Shown piece by piece: positions 19,579 through 27,323 of a DNA stretch of 64,000 nt. The notes below the pieces were generated by a model, which worked only from the letters and a program-made list of their open reading frames with translations, was not told the DNA's origin and did no database searches. This stretch comes from a virus (lineage: Duplodnaviria; Caudoviricetes), in IMG/VR virus record IMGVR_UViG_3300028048_000081, positions 32,001 to 96,000 of that record. One strand, 5' to 3'. Positions within the stretch are counted from its first letter, which is position 1; each line of letters opens with the position of its first letter. A program made the position numbers and the translations under genes.

Positions 19579-19917
19579 ATGAAAAAAGTAATCATATCAA
19601 GAAAAACGAATTCTTCATATCTTAATTCGGTATTTGGAAGTTCAATAAGTTCTAGATATAATAAAGTAAGAAGAGTATTTTATGATGTAGCTAAGACCTG
19701 GAAAGATTCTGCCAATATAGATATTGAAGTTGCGGATGACGGTAGAGGTATAACATATCCAAATAAAAATAATTTTCCCTTCACACAACGTGTAGATGTC
19801 AAGATGGTACCAGAATATCATCTGTATAATAATTTACAAGATGAAATACTGGTGACAACAGATTTATCCGAACTTGAATCCACTATCTCTGATGTAGTTT
19901 CTGAAGATATCAAATAA
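19579..19917 (+). CDS. tagged putative capsid-internal protein (MKKVIIS...VFGSS)
   Basis: Tag variant; AGGAG RBS. Confidence 0.55.
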   Translation: MKKVIISRKTNSSYLNSVFGSSISSRYNKVRRVFYDVAKTWKDSANIDIEVADDGRGITYPNKNNFPFTQRVDVKMVPEYHLYNNLQDEILVTTDLSELESTISDVVSEDIK

Positions 19918-19961
19918 TGACCAAAATTCCAGAGGTATCATCATACCACACCATATATAAA

Positions 19962-19988
19962 ACCGTGAGAGAACTTAAATCTCACGGT
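19962..19988. terminator. hairpin between convergent genes
   Basis: ACCGTGAGA...TCTCACGGT. Confidence 0.55.
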
Positions 19989-20006
19989 CGTTTACTGTAA
20001 GGGCCA

Positions 20007-20660
20007 TTATTTGAAGGCGTAGACGCGTTGACCACAGTCATATAGTGGTACGTACCCTGAATTTAACATATGTTCTCTAGAAAAATGCTTTTGACGACGA
20101 GACGCGTCAGAAATTCTATCGTTATTTCGTATCCACCATAGTGTTTTCTGATTGTCACGGATATATTTCATTCCGATATATTCATAATCTTTAAAATTTT
20201 CAAATGACATGTTAACATAAGCTACGATATTACTTATTCCAAAGTTAGATGCTTCTTGAGATAATATATCATATCCATGTTTAATATCATATGTTGGTAA
20301 CATCCACATCCGAGATAATTCTGCATCATATTTTTTGTTTCGTGATTTTTTGAAAGTCATGATGCAGTAAATTTCATTATCTTTGATAAGACCTAGTGCT
20401 AAAACATTTCCTTTAGGTGACTTGAAGGGGTGATATTCATCTAACCATCTGTTTGCAACATTAATATCTAATCTGTATGTATTGAGAGTATGTCCGTCAA
20501 CAACATGTATTCGAGGTTCTTGATAAAATATCAAAATATCTTTTTTGGTTTCAAATGTATGTTGTCGTTTTTGTTGAACTTCTTTAAGCATACATACATT
20601 CTTAACACCATATCTTTTCAAACATGTTTGTTGTCTTTTTTCATTAGAGTTAATTTTCAT
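20007..20660 (-). CDS. Hef-like homing-endonuclease-family remnant: CLxRYGV repeat plus GNAT/Mom-like domain, no nuclease domain seen
   Basis: CLKRYGV, ELSRMWM, IVAYVN, LYDCG; the only substantial minus-strand gene. Confidence 0.6.
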   Translation of the reverse strand: MKINSNEKRQQTCLKRYGVKNVCMLKEVQQKRQHTFETKKDILIFYQEPRIHVVDGHTLNTYRLDINVANRWLDEYHPFKSPKGNVLALGLIKDNEIYCIMTFKKSRNKKYDAELSRMWMLPTYDIKHGYDILSQEASNFGISNIVAYVNMSFENFKDYEYIGMKYIRDNQKTLWWIRNNDRISDASRRQKHFSREHMLNSGYVPLYDCGQRVYAFK

Positions 20661-20751
20661 TAAATAAAAAATCCAGATACTCTTTCAAAGTAGTGTTTCT
20701 AGCTTCATCAAAATATTTATTTTTAGATTCTCGCAGATATTTCCATTCCAT
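20650..20751 (-). CDS. 33-aa leader ORF (MEWKYLRESKNKYFDEARNTTLKEYLDFLFNEN)
   Basis: AGGGGG RBS on the minus strand; overlaps the start of the 20660 gene. Confidence 0.4.
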   Translation of the reverse strand: MEWKYLRESKNKYFDEARNTTLKEYLDFLFNEN

Positions 20752-20883
20752 CTTAAGTCCCCCTACAATTATATTATAACGAATTTTTATTTGTAAATAA
20801 ATATATAATATAAAAATACTTTTAAAGGTATCAAATCTTATATATCTACATAAAATATAGATTATTTATAAGGAGGTAGAAAA

Positions 20884-20907
20884 ATGTTTAGTCCTTTACA
20901 AATGGGT
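20884..20907 (+). CDS. tail tube protein exon 1 (MFSPLQMG)
   Basis: AGGAGG RBS, ATG at 20884, in-frame TAG at 20911 inside the intron; 1-mismatch late promoter at 20834-20844. Confidence 0.75.
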
Positions 20908-21277
20908 AACTAGTGCCCTTCATATTGAGTAATCAGTATGAACTACCGAGTTAATTGCTTTGAATCCCTAAAGCTCTCTTGCTACAGTGAATTCAGAAAT
21001 GAAAAACACGATAGAGCGAAAGCAGAAAAAAGTAGAGAGATGTTACATGGTTAAATCCTAAATAATATTGCAATGGGTGTTTAGCAGCCAAACTTCTAAT
21101 CAGATTGTATGAAGTAGGTCCAACGATCATCTCCTTGAGGGAGAGTAGAACTGCAAGCAGATGGCAGAAGAAAAATTCGGGCCCTAGTTACATAGGGATA
21201 AGATATGATCTCATCTTCAATGAAAGTTGAAGCAGTATAAACGGTACAGACGTTGCGAATCTGTACGAAGATAATGT
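20908..21277 (+). ncRNA. group I self-splicing intron (IA2-like), about 370 nt, no internal ORF; boundaries 20908-21277 or 20907-21276
   Basis: P1 GGGU/GCCC; P2 CATATTGA-GTAA-TCAGTATG; P3 CCGAGTT/AATTCGG; P4 TTGCT/AGCAG; P7 GATCAT/ATGATC; P7.1 and P7.2 hairpins; P8 CCCTA/TAGGG; P9 CTTCAAT-GAAA-GTTGAAG; 3' end GAAGATAATG. Confidence 0.9.
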
Positions 21278-21799
21278 ACCAACCATATGCTTGGGGTAGA
21301 TAATTATGTTCCATTAACAACAAACAACTTTGAGGTTAGAATATACAACATGGATGGGAGTTCCCCATCAGAATTTTCAGAACTTCTTACATTATCGACA
21401 GATGAAGTAGGAGATATTCAAGAAGAACAAGATTCTATTGTTGTACATTATGGTAATGGTCTTATCAAGTTTCCAAGTAAAGTAACATTTGGAGATGTTG
21501 ATTGGACTCTCAACTGCTATTGTGAACCAAATGTCCTTGGAGCACTTAGAGAGTGGAGAAAACAAGTTTATGATCCTGATACAGAGAGAATGGGTCTTCC
21601 GTCAGAATACATGAGACAAGTATTCTTCTTAAGGTATGATGGTCAAGGAAATATCAGAGATGGCGTGAGATGCCCGGGAACTTGGATCGGAGCACTTGAT
21701 AACGGTGCAATGTCTCAGCAAGGCGGAGATGTCGTTAAAGTTAGAGTTCCGTTTGTTATTTCTAGAGCGATTTATATGACACCTGAAGATTTGAGATAA
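21278..21799 (+). CDS. tail tube protein exon 2 (T4 gp19-like)
   Basis: NNFEVRI, VHYGN..IKFPSKVTFGDV, LREWRKQVYDP.T..MGLPSEY, WIGALD. Confidence 0.85.
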   Translation, partial: TNHMLGVDNYVPLTTNNFEVRIYNMDGSSPSEFSELLTLSTDEVGDIQEEQDSIVVHYGNGLIKFPSKVTFGDVDWTLNCYCEPNVLGALREWRKQVYDPDTERMGLPSEYMRQVFFLRYDGQGNIRDGVRCPGTWIGALDNGAMSQQGGDVVKVRVPFVISRAIYMTPEDLR

Positions 21800-21833
21800 G
21801 TTGGAATTCTGGAAAATAATTATATATACATAT

Positions 21834-21870
21834 ATAAATAAAGGTCAAATTACGGCCTTTATTTATTTTT
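21834..21870 (+). terminator. rho-independent terminator after tube
   Basis: ATAAATAAAGGTC...GGCCTTTATTTAT followed by a T run. Confidence 0.65.
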
Positions 21871-21900
21871 TTGTATTTTTAAATGTGCTCCTATCCAGTT

Positions 21901-21911
21901 AACCTTTTATA
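21901..21911 (+). promoter_or_regulatory. putative late promoter
   Basis: AACCTTTTATA. Confidence 0.65.
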
Positions 21912-21944
21912 TGTACGAATCGTTATCACATATGAGGAGTACAT

Positions 21945-23591
21945 ATGAAGCCTAAAAAATGTAAAGAATGTGGAAAAATATTTTTCCCTAAAAGTGGATC
22001 CCAATTGTATTGCAATGGGCCTCATGAATCTATTTGTGTAATATGTGGCAAGAAATTTCCATATACATGCAGACCGACTGAAAAACCTAAAACTTGTTCA
22101 AAAGAATGTCAAGAGAAGTTACGATCGAGGACAGCATTTGAAAAATATGGAGTTAAAAATGTTTCTGAATTAGATTCTGTTAGAAAGAAGATAAGTGAAA
22201 GAAATAGTTCTAAAGAAGTTGATCTAAAAAGACGAAAAACAAACTTAGCCCATTGGGGAGTAGATAATCCTTCCAAGAATAAAGATATTCGTGAGAAGTT
22301 ATCTGCTGTAATGAAAACTGAAAGGTATTTATCTGGTAGAGAGACCACATGTTTAGAAAAGTATGGTTATCGCAGTCCTATGCAATCAGATGTAGTTAAA
22401 GATAAACAGAGAAAAACATGTTTAGAACGATATGGTATGTCAGGGCATCCCCATACAGCGGAAGATTTTTCTAGAATGATGATAGATAGTTCTAAATGCA
22501 AAGATTATATTATGTTTAGATCGGATCCAAAGAAATATATTGAAGATCATTATTCTACGCCCCCATCCATATATGAACTTAAACGGGACTTAGGAGTTAC
22601 AGATACACCAGTATATGATATATTAATTGCAAAGAATTGTAGGGATTTATTGCTTAGCAGTTATAGCTATATGGAGAAAGATGTATCAGATTTCATAGTA
22701 TCGTTAGATCCAAACATTGATATAGTTAGACATGATAGAAAAATTATCCAACCTCAAGAATTAGATATATATTTACCAGAATATAAATTAGGTATTGAGT
22801 GTAATCCAACCGCTACTCATAATTCATCATTTAAAGATCCATGGGGAGGGGACCCTAAATATTACAAGTATCATCAGAATAAATCCATGAAATCTGGCGA
22901 CGCGGGGGTTTTTCTGTTTCATATATTTGGATATGAATGGGTGAATCGTAGGCATGTAATTGAATCTATGCTTGCAAATCTATTAGGTAAGAACAAATAT
23001 AAGTATGGTGGTAGAGATACATATGTATGCAAAGTATCTCCAGAAGAAAGTAAACAATTTTTAAACGATAATCATCGTCAGGGTAGTACAGTATCTAAGG
23101 TTCAAATTGGTCTAAGATTAAAATCTAACGATAAATTAGTATCCATAATGACGTTTGGTCATACACGTAATACTATAGGAAAAACGGATGATTCTACAGA
23201 AAATACCTGGGAACTTTCTAGATTCTGCAATAAACTGTATACTACAGTAAATGGGGGTGCAAGCAAGCTGTTCAAATATTTTATTGAAAATTATTCATTT
23301 GATAAGATTATTTCATTTTCAGATATAGCTCATACTAAAGGTACGCTATATGAAAAATTGAATTTTCATCAGATTTCTATATCTGCTCCAAGTTATGTTT
23401 GGTGTGATGGATATGATAACATATACTATAATAGAGTTTCTTGCCAGAAATCAAATCTTAAGAAATTATTGAAAGATGATAGCATTGATATTGAAAATCA
23501 ATCCGAAGCAAAGATAATGGAAGCACATAAATTTGCTCGAGTATATGATTGTGGAGTAATCAGATGGGAATATAATTATCATGAACCTTAA
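21945..23591 (+). CDS. free-standing Hef-like homing endonuclease (zinc fingers, CLEKYG repeats, PD-(D/E)xK/DUF559-like nuclease, GNAT/Mom-like C-terminus)
   Basis: CKECG/CVICG; EKYGV, HWGV, CLEKYG, CLERYG; ELDIYLPEYKLGIECN; WELSRFC..GASKL..ISFSD..GTLYEKLNF..YDCG. Confidence 0.75.
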   Translation: MKPKKCKECGKIFFPKSGSQLYCNGPHESICVICGKKFPYTCRPTEKPKTCSKECQEKLRSRTAFEKYGVKNVSELDSVRKKISERNSSKEVDLKRRKTNLAHWGVDNPSKNKDIREKLSAVMKTERYLSGRETTCLEKYGYRSPMQSDVVKDKQRKTCLERYGMSGHPHTAEDFSRMMIDSSKCKDYIMFRSDPKKYIEDHYSTPPSIYELKRDLGVTDTPVYDILIAKNCRDLLLSSYSYMEKDVSDFIVSLDPNIDIVRHDRKIIQPQELDIYLPEYKLGIECNPTATHNSSFKDPWGGDPKYYKYHQNKSMKSGDAGVFLFHIFGYEWVNRRHVIESMLANLLGKNKYKYGGRDTYVCKVSPEESKQFLNDNHRQGSTVSKVQIGLRLKSNDKLVSIMTFGHTRNTIGKTDDSTENTWELSRFCNKLYTTVNGGASKLFKYFIENYSFDKIISFSDIAHTKGTLYEKLNFHQISISAPSYVWCDGYDNIYYNRVSCQKSNLKKLLKDDSIDIENQSEAKIMEAHKFARVYDCGVIRWEYNYHEP

Positions 23592-23594
23592 ATA
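23584..23594 (+). promoter_or_regulatory. putative late promoter
   Basis: AACCTTAAATA upstream of tagged ORF 23631. Confidence 0.65.
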
Positions 23595-23630
23595 TATATG
23601 AAACATTATTCTATATAGGAAGGTATAAGT

Positions 23631-23891
23631 ATGAAACGAGTTATTACATCCGGAACAAGAAGTCCACGTAAAGAAAATATAAGGAAGATATGTGATTACA
23701 TGGATTGGAATCTTCCTACATTTTCTGATCCTGGATCATACGGGTATTCATGTAAATGGGGCGGTAGAACTTTAGTTGATAAGTATGGTATAGAACAGGT
23801 TGAAGAGTGGATACAAGATATAAAAGACGGAACTGGAATAGAATGTAAATTAACTCGTTCCGGAAAATTAATTGTTCCTTACGCAGAATAG
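23631..23891 (+). CDS. tagged putative capsid-internal protein (MKRVITSG), paralog of the 18147 C-domain
   Basis: Tag; alignable by eye to 18147. Confidence 0.65.
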   Translation: MKRVITSGTRSPRKENIRKICDYMDWNLPTFSDPGSYGYSCKWGGRTLVDKYGIEQVEEWIQDIKDGTGIECKLTRSGKLIVPYAE

Positions 23892-23933
23892 ATATACACA
23901 TCTTGAAAATTTTATTGGATAGAGGTTCAAACA

Positions 23934-24338
23934 ATGTATAGATACATAAGATCATCCGAAATAACAAATTCTAGAATAAGAAAATGTAAGAAATTAGTTC
24001 GTGATTATATATGGCAGTGTTTTTCTCAAGGTGGGGAATATTTCAATGATCCAGAAATGTTATCTAATATTGAATATATGAAATGGTATGATTCTGACGA
24101 AGATATTAGTTGGGCAGAATATGTATACAAACATAGACATGATATATTTGATAAGTATATTTTAGATAAAATAGAAAATGATCCTGAAATAAAAACAGAA
24201 GAAGAGCAAAACTGTATGATTGATTATTTTAATAATTTACAGCCGTCAGATTATAATCGGATACTATATCTTAAAAGAGATTCTACTAAAGATGGTATAT
24301 CTAATAGAATTCGTAGAATAAGGGAATATGATAAGTAG
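23934..24338 (+). CDS. tagged putative capsid-internal protein (MYRYIRSS)
   Basis: Tag; GAGG RBS. Confidence 0.65.
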   Translation: MYRYIRSSEITNSRIRKCKKLVRDYIWQCFSQGGEYFNDPEMLSNIEYMKWYDSDEDISWAEYVYKHRHDIFDKYILDKIENDPEIKTEEEQNCMIDYFNNLQPSDYNRILYLKRDSTKDGISNRIRRIREYDK

Positions 24339-24361
24339 ACATTCAACATAGTATTTTCATC

Positions 24362-24396
24362 AAAGAGATCTTCTAATCAGGAAGGTCTCTTTTATT
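24362..24396 (+). terminator. rho-independent terminator
   Basis: AAAGAGATCTTCT-AATC-AGGAAGGTCTCTTT followed by a T tract. Confidence 0.65.
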
Positions 24397-24422
24397 ATAC
24401 TGATTCGTTATTTATTATGTAG

Positions 24423-24433
24423 AACCTTGTATA
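24423..24433 (+). promoter_or_regulatory. putative late promoter
   Basis: AACCTTGTATA. Confidence 0.7.
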
Positions 24434-24479
24434 AATTTAGAAGAAATATTTAAGTTAAAATAGAAAGAAGGACGTAGAG

Positions 24480-24893
24480 ATGAAGTTATATGTTCGTTCA
24501 GCTTTTGATGACAACATGAATTTTGTTGCAGTAATAGATTCAAAAGGCTATGAAGATTATTCAAGTATAATACCGATATTGAATGCTGAAATTGACAGAT
24601 ACAATAGCATATTTGATAGAGTTGAATCTTTACCTCCAGAAGAGTATGAACAGATTGAAAACAATAATGAGGATTATAAGAAGTTTGTAGATACCTTTCA
24701 AAAATATTATGAATATATAGATAGGATGGAAGAAGCATTAGATTCTGATGAATTCATAGTAGATGAAAACAATAATCATAATGTAGATAACAGTATAACT
24801 GTTAGAAATCGTATATTTACATATGAAGATTTAATTGACATACTTTCTGAACTGAAAGAATGTCGTATCAATTTTGAAGATGAGGTGAAATAA
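24480..24893 (+). CDS. tagged putative capsid-internal protein (MKLYVRSA)
   Basis: Tag; acidic. Confidence 0.65.
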   Translation: MKLYVRSAFDDNMNFVAVIDSKGYEDYSSIIPILNAEIDRYNSIFDRVESLPPEEYEQIENNNEDYKKFVDTFQKYYEYIDRMEEALDSDEFIVDENNNHNVDNSITVRNRIFTYEDLIDILSELKECRINFEDEVK

Positions 24894-24894
24894 A

Positions 24895-25080
24895 ATGACA
24901 GTAGGAGAATTAAAAGAAATTGTAAATTCTATTCCGTCAGAAGATGATGACAAGAGAGTATTTGAATTTCGCGGTAATCGGTATTATGATTTTGATCTTT
25001 ACGGGTTAGATGAATGTGAAGTACAGGCTGAGTATTACGTTTATCAAGGATACTGCGTAGATATGGACCCAGGATATTGA
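24895..25080 (+). CDS. small phage hypothetical protein (MTVGELKE type)
   Basis: GAGGTG RBS; untagged. Confidence 0.65.
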   Translation: MTVGELKEIVNSIPSEDDDKRVFEFRGNRYYDFDLYGLDECEVQAEYYVYQGYCVDMDPGY

Positions 25081-25091
25081 TAAGGAGGTTT

Positions 25092-25727
25092 ATGATGAAA
25101 AGAGTTATTACAAGTACTGTTCAAAGTATGGATACAAAGGATTTTCAATCTTATTTTGAAAACAAATATGGATTTGAATTAGATTTTGCAAGAAGAACAG
25201 TAGAGGGTTTGAATGAAAAATACAGTGGGGAAATAATTTGTATTCCTACAGGTATTGGGCAGGCGATGCCATCCTCATATTCTAACTATGATTGTCTTCG
25301 TAATATGTTAGGAGAATCGAAAGATTATGAATTGACAGAAGATGATGTATTAGAAGTAATGAAGACGATAAAACAGGATTTTCAAAATGATCATCCGATG
25401 TCCTCTACAAGTGTTAGGTTCCGTGGAAATCTTCGTCAGATTCATATTAGAATATCGTCATCTTATGAATTAACAGATATTAATGATATTACTAAAGCAT
25501 GTGTTAAGGGGACAAATAAGATAGTAAAAAGTACTGAAACTAAATGTAATAAAGTAATGGATACATTGGATGAATTGCTTGATTATTCTGAAGGAAATGT
25601 AAAATTAACATCTGAAGGATATAATGAAATATCTGAAAATTTGGATAGCCTTATAAATTATATAGATGTTAACTTAATTGATAGAATAAATAAATATAAG
25701 AGCAATTTAAAAAACCGAGTTGAATGA
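25092..25727 (+). CDS. tagged putative capsid-internal protein (MMKRVITST)
   Basis: AGGAGG at 25083-25088 places the start at 25092/25095 rather than the TTG at 25077. Confidence 0.65.
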   Translation: MMKRVITSTVQSMDTKDFQSYFENKYGFELDFARRTVEGLNEKYSGEIICIPTGIGQAMPSSYSNYDCLRNMLGESKDYELTEDDVLEVMKTIKQDFQNDHPMSSTSVRFRGNLRQIHIRISSSYELTDINDITKACVKGTNKIVKSTETKCNKVMDTLDELLDYSEGNVKLTSEGYNEISENLDSLINYIDVNLIDRINKYKSNLKNRVE

Positions 25728-25764
25728 GTACATACTGTTTTAGCTCTAGGGGAGAGATATTAAT

Positions 25765-26019
25765 ATGTATAGATATATAAGATCAGATTCTGAAGGGGAA
25801 ATTATCAGCTGGGATTCATTATCCGGATCAGATCAACTTGCTGCAGAAAGAGCATCTGAATACATGAGTGAAGGAATGAGTATCGAGGATGCAGTCCGTA
25901 AAGGATGTATGGATATTTCTGAAGGCAATTCAGAACCTGAATATGAAAATGAAGATTTCTATTTAGAGGAACCAGATTACAATAAAGTATTGAAATACAT
26001 GAAGGGTAACGAAAGGTAG
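25765..26019 (+). CDS. tagged putative capsid-internal protein (MYRYIRSD)
   Basis: Tag; acidic. Confidence 0.65.
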   Translation: MYRYIRSDSEGEIISWDSLSGSDQLAAERASEYMSEGMSIEDAVRKGCMDISEGNSEPEYENEDFYLEEPDYNKVLKYMKGNER

Positions 26020-26023
26020 CAGT

Positions 26024-26248
26024 ATGAAAAAATACATAAAATCTTCAGAAGAATGGGAAGAATGGGACGGAGTATTCACTCCGGAATTCATAATGGAATA
26101 TTCTGATATAGAAGATGAAGATGAAGCACAAAGACTTTCTGATTATCTGTATGAACATGAATATGATTCAGGATTTTCAACACCTGAAGAATTTCTTGAA
26201 ACATTTGATTTAGATGAATTATACGATGATATGATTAATGAACAATAG
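26024..26248 (+). CDS. tagged, extremely acidic protein (MKKYIKSS), possible DNA mimic
   Basis: About 26 D/E among the 66 residues after the tag, only one Arg. Confidence 0.65.
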   Translation: MKKYIKSSEEWEEWDGVFTPEFIMEYSDIEDEDEAQRLSDYLYEHEYDSGFSTPEEFLETFDLDELYDDMINEQ

Positions 26249-26262
26249 ATGAGGAGAATAAA

Positions 26263-26604
26263 ATGAATGTTATTCATTCAAATATTTCAAGTAGTGCAAA
26301 ATGCATAGAAACATATAAAGGATATAGAATATATTTCGATGAAGGAACTGCAACATATCATATTTTCTTACATGATACAAAAATAGAATTTCCAGATATG
26401 TCGGAAGTAACAGAATACATAGACGATATTTCATTAGAAGACACAGAAGATCTAAAAGAATATGAAGTAAGATACATAGACGCAGATGATATTACACACA
26501 GTACAGATGTAGTTGCTGTATCTGATAAAGATGCGATGTCTAAAGCATGCTCAATGTTAGGAAGCAACTGTTATAGAATAATAGATGTATCCGAATTAAA
26601 ATAG
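26263..26604 (+). CDS. tagged putative capsid-internal protein (MNVIHSNISSS)
   Basis: Tag variant; GAGGAG RBS. Confidence 0.55.
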   Translation: MNVIHSNISSSAKCIETYKGYRIYFDEGTATYHIFLHDTKIEFPDMSEVTEYIDDISLEDTEDLKEYEVRYIDADDITHSTDVVAVSDKDAMSKACSMLGSNCYRIIDVSELK

Positions 26605-26617
26605 ATAGGGAGGCAAT

Positions 26618-26863
26618 ATGTATAAATATATAAAATCTAATTATGCTGGATCGCAACCTATGAAAATATATAATGTATACTTCAAAGATCAGTTTTATGG
26701 TCAAGTTGAAGCAGAATCCGAGGATGATGCCTGGTATCAGTACGAAGATGTAATTCCAGGGGATGAATTGGCTTCGGTTGATCATGATTATCTTCCAGAT
26801 TATATTTTTGTTGTACCTGCGGATGAAGATGATATTGAAGGCTGCGATAAAGTATCATGGTAA
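26618..26863 (+). CDS. tagged putative capsid-internal protein (MYKYIKSN)
   Basis: Tag; GGAGG RBS. Confidence 0.65.
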   Translation: MYKYIKSNYAGSQPMKIYNVYFKDQFYGQVEAESEDDAWYQYEDVIPGDELASVDHDYLPDYIFVVPADEDDIEGCDKVSW

Positions 26864-27041
26864 AGAAGAAATAGTACCTGTTTTAGCAAGGTTCATCTGC
26901 CACTACGGTTATGAGGGACAAACATTTCATAACAAGAAAGATGCAGCAGTTCTTGCACTTGAACTCTTAGAAGAAATGACCGGAACATATTGGGATCCTA
27001 CTCAAGAAGAGTTTGACGATATATTATATAGCATATATTAG
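26823..27041 (+). CDS. overlapping +1-frame ORF without a clear RBS; possibly the frameshifted C-terminus of 26618
   Basis: Protein-like acidic sequence (KEEIVPVLARF...EEFDDILYSIY) fills the gap to 27056. Confidence 0.4.
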   Translation: MKMILKAAIKYHGKEEIVPVLARFICHYGYEGQTFHNKKDAAVLALELLEEMTGTYWDPTQEEFDDILYSIY

Positions 27042-27055
27042 AAAGGTGTGTAATC

Positions 27056-27322
27056 ATGAAGCGAGTTATAATTTCTTCTACAATAGCGGATATGGAGAAA
27101 GATATCAAGAAGAGTAAGAATAAGCTCAAGAAGAAACCATTAGTAGAAAACTTCGGACAAGATGAAGTAAGACGTATAAGTGATAAGTATTTTGATCTTC
27201 AGATAGAAAACTATCAGCAATACAGCTCACTTATCAGAGAATTTTCAGATTGGTGTGCAAATTATGAAGGGGACAACATAAGATCGTCTGTTCATTCGTC
27301 TGAAGATATTCATAAAGGATGA
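27056..27322 (+). CDS. tagged putative capsid-internal protein (MKRVIISS; also IRSS/VHSS at the C-terminus)
   Basis: Tag at both ends. Confidence 0.65.
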   Translation: MKRVIISSTIADMEKDIKKSKNKLKKKPLVENFGQDEVRRISDKYFDLQIENYQQYSSLIREFSDWCANYEGDNIRSSVHSSEDIHKG

Positions 27323-27323
27323 T

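Noticed and set aside
21096-21323. Minus-strand 75-aa ORF as an intron-encoded endonuclease
   Set aside because: It is antisense to the ribozyme core and has no nuclease motif or RBS.
21287-21799. ATG 21287 as the true tube start
   Set aside because: It has no convincing RBS; the AGGAGG and promoter-like motif lie before 20884, and an intron explains the gap.
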